Below, one piece after another: positions 25,721-36,305 of a DNA stretch of 64,000 bases; within the stretch, counting starts at the first letter, position 1; each line of letters starts with the position of its first letter. The position numbers and the translations under genes are program-made. The notes beneath the pieces are model-generated. The model saw only the letters and a program-made list of their open reading frames with translations. It had not been told where the DNA came from and did no database searches. Origin of the DNA: a virus (taxonomy: Duplodnaviria; Caudoviricetes); the IMG/VR virus record IMGVR_UViG_3300033066_000802, positions 1 through 64,000 of that record; one strand, written 5' to 3'.

Positions 25721-27673
25721 TTATTTAATTGTTATTTCACCATTATTTTTTAATGTGTTCATATAATCCCGATCAACCGATATTAATTTTTTCAGTATCC
25801 TGTTCTCAATCATCTTTACCTCAGTAGGTTGTTTATAATCAAATATCTTATAGAATACTTCCGAATTTTTAAGTTCAATTCGATTATAACTCCTTTCATC
25901 ACCCTGCCTTACATCAATTAAAACATCTCTTCCATCTACTTTATTTGAGGTGCTATACCAAACACAAAATTTATTTGGTTCACCTTTAACGGAAAGTATT
26001 GTAAAATACTCAACCTGGGAACAAATGTCAATATTAGATTCACCCAATAACGTATAAAATTCATTATCATTTAATATTTTGATATCAACTAAAGATGGTT
26101 TTAAATTATGGTAAAACATATTTTCCAATCCATTTGATTCAGACCCAATATCATCTTTCCATTTAGTATATTCAACTTCATTGTCAATGATTCTGAATTT
26201 ATCCAAAAAATAGTCTATTCTTGTAGCAAAAATAACAGTCCTTAGTATTTCACCCTCCTGAGCTTTAGAGTGGTTAAAAACAGCCTTTCTGTTCTTTAAA
26301 CCATCTATTAATACTGGTATTACCTTTTTATCTGTAATAACCATATCAAAATTCATACAAACAGCATTTGTGTAACCCAAACCCTTCGCTAATGATATAC
26401 CTGTGTAATAATTTGTATAAACAGCAGGTCCGTGATAGATATGATTACCCTCAGCTTTTATATTCATATCAACCGATACATCGGTGTTATTAAATGTGTA
26501 TCGGCTATAAAAATCATGGTAAGTTAATATGTTATTTTCATTATATATAACATAATCAGATATTTTTTGTAATTCTTCAGGTATTGGTGCATGTGAAGTT
26601 AGCATCACATCATATCCCTGTTCTTTTACTGCGACAATAGCTTTTTTGGTTACACTAATAGCACCAGTCGTTGTAGGATAACATGAAATTATAACAACAC
26701 TTTTATCATCATGATTATTTAGTATATTACGTATTTTCTTTACATTTGATTCAAACTTATCAAAATCAAGATAGTTTATTGATTCAAACTTATCAAAATA
26801 ATTCTCATATACTGGTAAGTTATATATTAACGTTGGTATACCACATGAAATGGCTTCACGTATTACCAGCGGCATAGTTTCTTTATCGTTAACCGTACCC
26901 CTTGACGTAAACAAAAATAAATCCATTGCTGAATAATAATCTTCAACATTAGATTTCTCGCCATGCCATATTAAATTACTTGGTGTACTATTAGCTAAAG
27001 GTTCCCAATAAGATTTAAAATTATCAGCTCGATTACCCAATGAATGAAATTGTATTTTTTCACCTTCGAACTTTTTAGCATATTCGAAAAACTCTTTTTG
27101 GTTTTTCCTGTTGGTATATAAACCAACGTGTAGGACATGTTTATATGTGGGGTCAAGACCCAATTTAATTAAAGCTTCCTCTCTATTCGGACGATCCTTA
27201 TATTCAATAGGGTATTCCACAACTTCAGATGGTATATTTAAAGATTTTAACATACCAACTTGGTAATTAGATACTAATATAAACTTATCAGGTTGATAAA
27301 CTTTTCTTTTCACATCAAAAGATGAATCATGACAAGTTTCAAATATTTTATATAATCTATTAGATTTATATATTTCTTTAGCTATATCTGATGCCATAAA
27401 ATACTCTGGCATCTCTTCAAGATGAATCACATCTGGTTTTATTATATTAATAACCTCTAATAAATGTTTTTTATTATTGTTAAGAGTTATTAATTTATCA
27501 CCCAATAATTTTAATATCTTATTCCTTTGAATTACTAAATGACCACCCGTTATATCATCATACTCAACGACATATATTTCATATGTGTCTTTTAATAATT
27601 CAATCTTTTTTGTTAAATATTGTGGTAACCCCCCAGTTGATAAATGGGGGGCTACGTATAAAATTGTCTTCAT
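25721..27673 (-). CDS. GT4-type glycosyltransferase with second uncharacterised domain
   Basis: PHLSTGGLPQY, VGLY..RKNQ, MDLFLFTS...E..PLVIREA. Confidence 0.82.
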   Translation of the reverse strand: MKTILYVAPHLSTGGLPQYLTKKIELLKDTYEIYVVEYDDITGGHLVIQRNKILKLLGDKLITLNNNKKHLLEVINIIKPDVIHLEEMPEYFMASDIAKEIYKSNRLYKIFETCHDSSFDVKRKVYQPDKFILVSNYQVGMLKSLNIPSEVVEYPIEYKDRPNREEALIKLGLDPTYKHVLHVGLYTNRKNQKEFFEYAKKFEGEKIQFHSLGNRADNFKSYWEPLANSTPSNLIWHGEKSNVEDYYSAMDLFLFTSRGTVNDKETMPLVIREAISCGIPTLIYNLPVYENYFDKFESINYLDFDKFESNVKKIRNILNNHDDKSVVIISCYPTTTGAISVTKKAIVAVKEQGYDVMLTSHAPIPEELQKISDYVIYNENNILTYHDFYSRYTFNNTDVSVDMNIKAEGNHIYHGPAVYTNYYTGISLAKGLGYTNAVCMNFDMVITDKKVIPVLIDGLKNRKAVFNHSKAQEGEILRTVIFATRIDYFLDKFRIIDNEVEYTKWKDDIGSESNGLENMFYHNLKPSLVDIKILNDNEFYTLLGESNIDICSQVEYFTILSVKGEPNKFCVWYSTSNKVDGRDVLIDVRQGDERSYNRIELKNSEVFYKIFDYKQPTEVKMIENRILKKLISVDRDYMNTLKNNGEITIK

Positions 27674-27720
27674 CGGCTCTTTTTAAACAAAAATAAGACA
27701 ACACAATAAAAAATAAAGAA

Positions 27721-30700
27721 TTAATATGGTCTTACAGTAACAAAATAATTTATCAATGAACTTGAAGCTGTTACCCAAGCTAATATGCCGTCTGGTGCTG
27801 CGCCACCTGTAGTACATGGAACACCAACATAATACCTATTAGGGTGCAATGCGCTATCATTCCATAATGTAAATGCCAAATTGGTGGTATTAGGATCGTG
27901 GAAATAATTACCATCTAACAACACACCACCACCAGATGGTACACCCGCTGGTGGGTTTGTACAAATGAATCCACCCCTATCTTCAAGAAATAATGTTGAT
28001 TTATGAACACCAATTTTGGAATCATGAGAATTCTCATCAAAAATTATAAATGACGTAGTACTTGCACCACCAATAAGAACATCAAACTCATCTTTCGAAA
28101 AAGTTATTGATGATTTCACTGATAACGTTGAATAATTAACACTAACTATTGAAGCTAATGACCATATACAATACTGTCGTTCTGTTGTTAGATTTTTAAA
28201 ATACAATATACTATTATCAACAAAACATTCAGAATTAATAGTTTTAATTATATAGTTTGGTGTTCCAGCCATATCAGACGAACTTATTAATGTTATATTA
28301 TCAACACTTAATATACCTTGATTAAGTAAACCATCACTTTGAAACTCGATACTGTTTTGTTTTTTACCCGTACCCGCAATATTACAACCAGCATTTACAC
28401 CAATACTTATCGCTGGACTACCATCAACAACCCACACAACATTCGCACCCGTTTCGAAATATATGTTTAATACCATAGAACTTGGTACAATTAAAGGATT
28501 CGTTTCAGAATATGTTCCTTCAAATACATGAACAGTATAATCATAACCACTCGTACCGAAAGCTGATATTGCGTCACTACATGCGCCAACCACAGTTTTA
28601 TATGGTAAACTAATATTACCTATGGTACCAGTACTATCGTTACCATTAACCTGATCAACAAATAATGTTTGTGCATATACAGTTAAACTCACTGAAGCAC
28701 CAGAAGATCCTGACGTACCAGTATTGCCCGAACTACCACTCGAACCACGTGTACCACTCGCACCTGATGAACCCGAACTACCACTTGAACCCGAAGTTCC
28801 AGTGGAACCTGAAGTGCCTGATGATCCACTCATACCAGAACTACCACTCGATCCACGTGAACCACTTGTACCACTTGAACCATTAGCCCCTGATGTACCA
28901 GATGATCCGTTTGCACCTGAAGTACCAGATGATCCGTTTGCACCAGAACTTCCTGAAGAACCATTTGCCCCGTTAGCACCAGAAGACCCACTCGACCCAC
29001 TTGATCCTGTTGCACCTGATGAGCCACTTGATCCTGTACTTCCTGATGTACCAGATGAACCCGAACTTCCTGAAGATCCAGCCATACCATTAGTACCTGA
29101 CGTACCGTTAGCACCAGATGAACCTGACGTACCGTTAGCGCCAGAACTTCCTGATGTACCAGAAGATCCATTTGCACCTGATGATCCTGACGATCCTGAT
29201 GATCCTGACGATCCTGAAGAGCCAGTGCTTCCAGATGTACCAGATGTACCAGATGAACCATTGGTACCTGGGTCACCATTTAAACCATTGGTACCAGATG
29301 TACCAGTTGCACCATTTGCACCAGATGAACCTGAACTTCCTGAACTTCCTGAAGTACCAGAGGTACCAGCTATACCAGTACCAGACGTACCTGATGTACC
29401 ACTTGAGAAACCAAGTGATGTTGTAATATATGAATAGTGTGCTGTGGTTTGTGATGCTATCGTTATATCATGTGGGGCGGCATCTATGTTATTACCAAAT
29501 AACCTTACAACTATCCTATCAGCTAATGATAAACCTGTACTCGGTACAAAACAATTTATAATATATTCGGTTGCTCCAGTATTAGTTATGTATGGTGTTA
29601 CAGCAGATGTTGATAATAAAGCCTCAACCCCACCATTATTTTGATAAATTTCAGCATATAAGTTTACATAATCATTTGTCGTATCAGAATACAAATATAA
29701 GTGCAAATTCCAAACACCGCCAGGTAATAAGGTTTCATTTGGTTGACCAGACGGTGTAACAAAATACGCCAATAAAACATCAGATGTTGAAGCACCGATT
29801 GTACCACCAGTAATTTGATCTGTTAATTCTAAATCTGCGACATTGCTTAACTCATTATAAAAATTTGAATAGCCGTCATCGGTAACAACAGCTGGGTTAA
29901 AATAATAAACCTGACCAGCCGATATACCTGTTAAACCAGCGGCACCAGATGAACCCGAACTACCTGAAGAACCGTTAGCACCATGAGTACCACTTGTACC
30001 TGATGTACCCGTTGTACCAGAAGATCCTGAAGTACCAGAAGATCCTGAAGAGCCACTGGCACCGTTAGTACCAGCTGTACCAGATGAACCTGAACTACCT
30101 GAAGAACCATTTCCACCATTATATACCCATGATAAAGTATATACACGGTCAGGTGTCATGGTACCAGACCCAATAATATTAGTTACTGTAATATATGAAC
30201 CAATCGGTGTTGATAGGGGGAATGGATCTGACACACCTGATAGTATATCTACACCAGTTATAACACTATATATACCGATAATATTATTTGAACCAACCTC
30301 AGTTAATTTAATTATTACTTCACTACTACCAGATAAATAACCAACTAATTGTAACCAATTTGAATAATCTGTACCGTTCTCATCAGTAAACATAACACTA
30401 AAACTTGTTATACCAGTAATAGCGTTAGTATCCGTTGTAAAAGTACCCCCAGAATATGTTGTGCCAGTATAATACGCCCATCTACCACTATTAGCACCAT
30501 CATTACCATCTTCACCCGCTGTTCCTGATGTACCCGCAGAGCCTGAAGAACCCGATGTACCACTTGAACCACCAGTACCCGATGTTCCTGATGTACCAGA
30601 AGATCCACTTGAGCCGTTAGCTCCTGATGTACCAGATGAACCATTAGCGCCAGCTGTTCCAGCTGTTCCTGATGTACCAGATGAGCCGTTTGCACCTGAA

Positions 30701-32031
30701 GATCCTGAAGAACCCGATGAACCAGATGATCCATTCGCACCTGATGAGCCACTTGAACCACCAGAACCTGAAGAACCTGAACTTCCTGAAGATCCGCTTG
30801 AACCTGAAGAACCATTTGCGCCATTAGCACCTGAAGAACCATTTGTACCGTTTGCGCCACTTGTACCGTTAGTACCAGGTAAACCTATACCACCAGATGA
30901 ACCAGAAGATCCATTTGCACCACTTGTACCACTGGTTGCTGTTAATAATAAGGAACTAATATCAATATTAATTGATACACCGTCATTTCTCGTTAAAACA
31001 ACTGTTGTTGCACCTGTTGTTGTACCACCTGTAATATATGTATCATTTATAGCACCACCATTAACTATTATTCTACCACCGTGTGTTGTATCACCAGTAG
31101 CGTAATAATAGTAAATATCCTGAGCGTCTTGTGGTACACTAAAAACAACATCCGTACCAGGTACAGCACCATTATTCATAACCCCAATCGATGTAGATGA
31201 TGGATCTTGGTCTATTTTTGTAATATATAAATTAAATCCACTACCAGGCGCATTTTTAAATATATAAATTTCACCTCTTGACACATATATATCTGGATTA
31301 ATATAATTTGTTGAGGTTTCATAATCCAAAGGTGAATTCACAGTAATACCCGTAAAATCAATAGGATCATTATCTATATGATATGTATGTGGTGTATCAG
31401 TTGTTGTACCTGATACAATTGAACCATCCGATAATGTTAATTTACTAATACCAGTAAATGAGTTATAATCATATGTACTTAATCTAACATCCTTAATTTC
31501 AACCCAAGGTGACGCATAATTACCAGTATAACCACTATATGTTGGGTCTATTATTGGTGCCGTACCAGTATAACCAGTTATTGTTGTTGTACCAGTTATA
31601 GGGCCTATTGTTGACCAACCATAACCCATAACAGGTGCGCCTGGTATTTGTAATACCGCTCTTGGATCTAAAGCTAATAATTTTTCTTCATTAGTCGCTG
31701 AAACCCAATCAGTAAAATTCTTTGAACCACCATTTCCAAAATAACCGTAAGGTATTAACCTGTATGTTTTATTTGTATCCACAACATAAGCTGTCATACC
31801 AATTCTACGTCTTCCAGAAGAAAAATTATCTTCATTCATATTACCAGCAAGTGTGGTAATATCGTAACTCAATGGTATGTTATCCCTCTCAGCTTCTGTT
31901 GCAAATTCCTGATAGCCACCTATTAACTCATGTGAATAAGCGATTCCCTGCGGATTCGCTGGATCATCTAAAGTTAATGCTACCGTCCAAGGTATACCAG
32001 TTAAATAAGGTATGTTTGCTATATTTGACAT
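27721..32031 (-). CDS. Long fibre protein with Gly-Ser-Ser/Gly-Thr-Ser/Gly-Ala-Asn triplet blocks and C-terminal beta-helix-like domain
   Basis: Three G-X-Y repeat blocks; LFVDQVNGNDSTG.....PYKTV motif near C-terminus. Confidence 0.8.
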   Translation of the reverse strand: MSNIANIPYLTGIPWTVALTLDDPANPQGIAYSHELIGGYQEFATEAERDNIPLSYDITTLAGNMNEDNFSSGRRRIGMTAYVVDTNKTYRLIPYGYFGNGGSKNFTDWVSATNEEKLLALDPRAVLQIPGAPVMGYGWSTIGPITGTTTITGYTGTAPIIDPTYSGYTGNYASPWVEIKDVRLSTYDYNSFTGISKLTLSDGSIVSGTTTDTPHTYHIDNDPIDFTGITVNSPLDYETSTNYINPDIYVSRGEIYIFKNAPGSGFNLYITKIDQDPSSTSIGVMNNGAVPGTDVVFSVPQDAQDIYYYYATGDTTHGGRIIVNGGAINDTYITGGTTTGATTVVLTRNDGVSINIDISSLLLTATSGTSGANGSSGSSGGIGLPGTNGTSGANGTNGSSGANGANGSSGSSGSSGSSGSSGSGGSSGSSGANGSSGSSGSSGSSGANGSSGTSGTAGTAGANGSSGTSGANGSSGSSGTSGTSGTGGSSGTSGSSGSAGTSGTAGEDGNDGANSGRWAYYTGTTYSGGTFTTDTNAITGITSFSVMFTDENGTDYSNWLQLVGYLSGSSEVIIKLTEVGSNNIIGIYSVITGVDILSGVSDPFPLSTPIGSYITVTNIIGSGTMTPDRVYTLSWVYNGGNGSSGSSGSSGTAGTNGASGSSGSSGTSGSSGTTGTSGTSGTHGANGSSGSSGSSGAAGLTGISAGQVYYFNPAVVTDDGYSNFYNELSNVADLELTDQITGGTIGASTSDVLLAYFVTPSGQPNETLLPGGVWNLHLYLYSDTTNDYVNLYAEIYQNNGGVEALLSTSAVTPYITNTGATEYIINCFVPSTGLSLADRIVVRLFGNNIDAAPHDITIASQTTAHYSYITTSLGFSSGTSGTSGTGIAGTSGTSGSSGSSGSSGANGATGTSGTNGLNGDPGTNGSSGTSGTSGSTGSSGSSGSSGSSGSSGANGSSGTSGSSGANGTSGSSGANGTSGTNGMAGSSGSSGSSGTSGSTGSSGSSGATGSSGSSGSSGANGANGSSGSSGANGSSGTSGANGSSGTSGANGSSGTSGSRGSSGSSGMSGSSGTSGSTGTSGSSGSSGSSGASGTRGSSGSSGNTGTSGSSGASVSLTVYAQTLFVDQVNGNDSTGTIGNISLPYKTVVGACSDAISAFGTSGYDYTVHVFEGTYSETNPLIVPSSMVLNIYFETGANVVWVVDGSPAISIGVNAGCNIAGTGKKQNSIEFQSDGLLNQGILSVDNITLISSSDMAGTPNYIIKTINSECFVDNSILYFKNLTTERQYCIWSLASIVSVNYSTLSVKSSITFSKDEFDVLIGGASTTSFIIFDENSHDSKIGVHKSTLFLEDRGGFICTNPPAGVPSGGGVLLDGNYFHDPNTTNLAFTLWNDSALHPNRYYVGVPCTTGGAAPDGILAWVTASSSLINYFVTVRPY

Positions 32032-32051
32032 ATTTTTCGTATATTTCTATT

Positions 32052-35000
32052 TTATATTATTCTAAATTTCTTTGTCGTTGCCGCTGTAACACTTGTAAAG
32101 TATATTTTATATAAATTATAAGTTAAACCACCTATTGTTATAGGTGTTGCGGGTGTAATACCAATTTGATTCGGGTATGCTGCGTATGGTGTTATTGCTG
32201 TTGGTGCCCCCGATATATCAAATAAATGTGCGTTTGTTAGTATTGGATATGATGATGGTACTAATAAACCTAATATACCATTAAACCCAACAACCCCACC
32301 ACTAAAATTAATATCTATTGGTATAGACGGATTCCATGTGCCAGTTAAACCTGATGCTGATAAATTTATTGAACCGCCACCAAATAATGTTGCTGCGTTA
32401 GTTTTATAGTAATTTATCACCGTACTAAAAGGTACTGACGCATATGTGTTATCTGTATATGTATATGCGGCATCACATAAATTCGAACCACCACTTGACG
32501 CATAAATATTTGGTGACGCATATGTGGATGGTGTTAAATATCTAAAATAATATAACATATCAACAACAGCACCCGCAAGAACAATTGCTGTTGTCGTTAT
32601 ATTACAACCAACGCCATCCGTTATTTTAACTGTGTATGTCGCTGGGTTTAAACCTGTTTGTGTGTAAGTTCCAGCGGAACCTGAAGTATATGTGTGTAAC
32701 GTTGTTGTACCCGTAATAACATTTATCGTATAACCAGTACCCAATGTACCACCACCAAAACTAATAGCTATAGTACCATCATTTGCCCCACCAGTTGATT
32801 CTGGTGTTGGGGTTGCAGATACTGTAACTGGGACAGGTGACCCAGAACCAACAACATTATATGTTTGAACACAGTTCGCATCATCCTTCACATAAAATAA
32901 ATGTGAACCAGTATACGCACCAATTGAAAACGTTGAACCTGTTACATATGTACTACCGTCAGACGAATATGTATACGGAGCTGTACCACCACCAGCAGTT
33001 AAAGCCACAGTTGCGTTATCACCACTACATGTTGGCGCTGTATAAGTACCACTTAATGTAGGTGTTGTTGGTGCTGACAACGTATGTGTAACAGTTGATG
33101 TTGCCATACAGTTTACACTATCTTTTACATATATTGTTATACTACCAGCTGTTAATCCAGTTACAGTTATTTGATCACCTATTGGTGCTATTAAACCAGA
33201 ATATGTTACACCACCATTTACACTATATCTATAATTAGGTGTACCACCACTTACATTTATAACAATTGATCCGTCAGTACCTGAACATGTTGTTGGGTTG
33301 GTTGCTGAATCATAAGATATTGTCACAGCAGCAGGTGCTGTAAGTGTTACACCTGTACCTAAAGTCACTGGCGTACATGTTGTACCAACTCTTCTAACAA
33401 GAACATTATATAAGATACCACCTGATAAACCACTAATCGTTGTTGGTAATGCAATCCATGTAGAACCAGTTACACCACCAGTAATTAATTTATATTCATA
33501 ATAATTTGTAACATCAACACGTCCACCCGTAACAGATAATGACATATTACCCGTACCACCATAACATGTTGGGTTTGTTGACCCTGTTGTTGTAACCGTT
33601 AATGCCGTAACTTGACTATTATTAACAATTGTTGTACCACTACAACTTATAACATTTGAATCCCTATACGAAATTGTTTCAGTTGAACCAGAAATTGAAC
33701 CGCTTTGTGGTATTGCTATTATCATACCTGACGTAACACCAGTCCACGAACCAACACCAACTTTAACATCATAAGACCCACTACCACCAAATAAACCAAT
33801 ATTATATTCCCAATCATCACCAACACAACTTGGTGCTGATGATAATGTTGGAGTCATACTCACAGTTGTATATTTATGAACATCATATGATGTTGTACCT
33901 GTGGTGCAATAATCTCTTATATATATTGTACCTGAATATGTACCAACGGAACCAAATGATTGTAAATATGTATATGTTCCAGGTGTAGCGGTTGGTGTCA
34001 TATTATACCATAAACCGCTACTACCGAACTTAACTTGTGGTGTTGTAAAACTCGGTGGATTTACAGTGGCACCCGTTATCATAAGCTGAACGGTAGCGTT
34101 ACCAGCAGCACCACAATTTTTTGATGTACCCGTAACTGGTAAGATATCCATACCACTTGGATCCACAATTGTTACAACACCACTTACAATGTCCGAAGTT
34201 ATTTGGTCTTCAGCGTATAAAGTGTATGACCCAGCTGTAATACCAGCGCCACTAAATGTTTGTGTTTGTGTTGTAGCGTACCCAACACTCGGTGTCCAAG
34301 GATTTGAGTTGTACTTATACCTGTATTGACCAGAACCACCACTAATCGTTATAGTAACCGAACCAGTACCACCAGGACAATATGGTGCAGCTGAAGAAAC
34401 TGAAACCAATGATAAACTTAAATCATCATAATTAACATTAACAGATGTTATTGGTGTTTCACAGTTATTAGCATCTTTAATTATACTATCATAAGAACCA
34501 CTATTTAACCCAGTAAAAATTGAACTGACAGCCCAATCACCGCCGCCATTTATACTATATTGGTATGGTAGTGTACCGCCGACACCGTATAATGTGATAG
34601 TACCATCTGATGTGACACCTGAAACAACTTCAGCTGTTGTGCTATATGTTAAAATTAAATCATCTGGTTGTGTAACAGTAATTGCAGGTAAAAGTACAGG
34701 ACCTATTAATTGGTCTTCTACATATATACCCGTATAAGTACCAGCGGTAATACCAGTAAATGTATATTCAGATAACGGGTCAAAGCCTGGGGATGACCAT
34801 ATTGATCCACCATCAATCGAAAATCTAAAAAAACCCGATCCACCAGAAACATTAATTGTTATTGAGCCGTTGTTTTCGTCATAACATGTTGGTGAAGTAA
34901 ATGTAACACTACCTATTACAGGGGTAGGTAGAGTAGAACCCGTACCACCCAAACCTATAGGTATAAACGATGAGTGATAATCTTTTTCGTAATCAAATGT

Positions 35001-35567
35001 ACCATTATTGATTAATAATGTACTATTTGAAGGTATGAGGAATCTATCTGAATCAAATGATGAACTACCGACTACATATATTTTTAAATTGTGAACATCG
35101 TCAGGATCAGAAAATTGGAATAGAAAACTTGAACCACTTAAATTAAGATTATTTAAATATGTAAAATAATCTGACCAATCAACACCACTATTATCTATTA
35201 AAGAATAGTAATAATAATCATTTACAAGACCTACTTCACCACTGGATACACTTTCCGATTCAATATAATTCCAAGTACCCGTAAATGGATTTCTTGAATC
35301 TGGACTACCCACAATTACCTTCCAAAGGTCAACTTCCACACTATTTACAGTACCTGTAACTGAAAATCCAGAAGTATAAGCGGTTTGATCGTGATCAACC
35401 AAACATTCATATAGAATGCCTGTTTTTGTTTCATTATCGTAATAATAAACTATCTCCCCTTGCAAATAAGTGGCTGTAGACCACTCAGTTATATGAAGGA
35501 ATTTGAAATTGTCATCAACTTCTTTTGCCGTTAACGGTCTATTTAAACTTTGCCTAAATACTAACAT
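32052..35567 (-). CDS. Large virion/fibre protein with SprB-like repeats
   Basis: PTC....G.I...SGGT.PY.YS..G....F.GL.AG.Y...VKD...C repeats; N-terminal RPLT..EVD.NF motif. Confidence 0.78.
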   Translation of the reverse strand: MLVFRQSLNRPLTAKEVDDNFKFLHITEWSTATYLQGEIVYYYDNETKTGILYECLVDHDQTAYTSGFSVTGTVNSVEVDLWKVIVGSPDSRNPFTGTWNYIESESVSSGEVGLVNDYYYYSLIDNSGVDWSDYFTYLNNLNLSGSSFLFQFSDPDDVHNLKIYVVGSSSFDSDRFLIPSNSTLLINNGTFDYEKDYHSSFIPIGLGGTGSTLPTPVIGSVTFTSPTCYDENNGSITINVSGGSGFFRFSIDGGSIWSSPGFDPLSEYTFTGITAGTYTGIYVEDQLIGPVLLPAITVTQPDDLILTYSTTAEVVSGVTSDGTITLYGVGGTLPYQYSINGGGDWAVSSIFTGLNSGSYDSIIKDANNCETPITSVNVNYDDLSLSLVSVSSAAPYCPGGTGSVTITISGGSGQYRYKYNSNPWTPSVGYATTQTQTFSGAGITAGSYTLYAEDQITSDIVSGVVTIVDPSGMDILPVTGTSKNCGAAGNATVQLMITGATVNPPSFTTPQVKFGSSGLWYNMTPTATPGTYTYLQSFGSVGTYSGTIYIRDYCTTGTTSYDVHKYTTVSMTPTLSSAPSCVGDDWEYNIGLFGGSGSYDVKVGVGSWTGVTSGMIIAIPQSGSISGSTETISYRDSNVISCSGTTIVNNSQVTALTVTTTGSTNPTCYGGTGNMSLSVTGGRVDVTNYYEYKLITGGVTGSTWIALPTTISGLSGGILYNVLVRRVGTTCTPVTLGTGVTLTAPAAVTISYDSATNPTTCSGTDGSIVINVSGGTPNYRYSVNGGVTYSGLIAPIGDQITVTGLTAGSITIYVKDSVNCMATSTVTHTLSAPTTPTLSGTYTAPTCSGDNATVALTAGGGTAPYTYSSDGSTYVTGSTFSIGAYTGSHLFYVKDDANCVQTYNVVGSGSPVPVTVSATPTPESTGGANDGTIAISFGGGTLGTGYTINVITGTTTLHTYTSGSAGTYTQTGLNPATYTVKITDGVGCNITTTAIVLAGAVVDMLYYFRYLTPSTYASPNIYASSGGSNLCDAAYTYTDNTYASVPFSTVINYYKTNAATLFGGGSINLSASGLTGTWNPSIPIDINFSGGVVGFNGILGLLVPSSYPILTNAHLFDISGAPTAITPYAAYPNQIGITPATPITIGGLTYNLYKIYFTSVTAATTKKFRII

Positions 35568-35639
35568 TTATCATCAGGTAATTTTATAGAATACCTAATG
35601 ATAAATAGTCAGTTTTTTAAGAATAAATCGTTAAAAAGT

Positions 35640-36305
35640 TTATTTTTTTCGTCTGCTCATTACCTGGTCAACCAACCCGTAATCTTTAGCCTCCTGTGCG
35701 ATCATCCAATAATCCCTCTCGCAATCACTATAAACTTTGTCATACTCCTGTCCCGAATGGTTTGAAATTATCTCATATAATTCTTTTTTTAATTTACCAA
35801 TTTCTCTGGCTGTAATCTCAATATCTGTAGCTTGACCCTCCGCACCGCCAAGTGGTTGGTGTATCATTACTCTTGAGTGTGGTAAAGCATACCTTTTACC
35901 TGTATTACCAGCGCAAAGTAAAACCGCAGCCATAGATGCCGCCAATCCGATGCACATAGTTGATACATCTGGTTTAATATATTGCATGGTATCATAAATA
36001 CCCATACCAGCATAAACACCACCACCAGGTGAATTTATGTATATTTGTATATCTGAATTAGGGTCTGTTGATTCGAGAAACAACAACTGAGCCTGTATGA
36101 TGTTTGAAACACTATCATTAATTCCAGTACCAAGGAAGATTAATCTCTCCATCATTAAACGTGAAAATACATCCATTTGGGTTACGTTTAATTGTCTTTC
36201 TTCAATAATATAAGGTGTTATTGAGCTTGTAAAATTATGCATTGACATGCTGCTGATACCATGATCTAATAATGCGTAGCGGCTAAATTCTTTTCCTAAA
36301 TTCAT
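35640..36305 (-). CDS. clpP: ATP-dependent Clp protease proteolytic subunit
   Basis: MDVFSRLMMERLIFLG, YINSPGG, GLAASMA, MIHQPLGG, ERDYWM. Confidence 0.96.
   Translation of the reverse strand: MNLGKEFSRYALLDHGISSMSMHNFTSSITPYIIEERQLNVTQMDVFSRLMMERLIFLGTGINDSVSNIIQAQLLFLESTDPNSDIQIYINSPGGGVYAGMGIYDTMQYIKPDVSTMCIGLAASMAAVLLCAGNTGKRYALPHSRVMIHQPLGGAEGQATDIEITAREIGKLKKELYEIISNHSGQEYDKVYSDCERDYWMIAQEAKDYGLVDQVMSRRKK

Noticed and set aside
28665-30860. Pro/Asp/Glu-rich plus-strand ORF (28724-29437) and Val/Gln/Leu-rich alternate-frame ORFs, also 48-290
   Set aside because: Shadow frames of the Gly-X-Ser triplet repeats.
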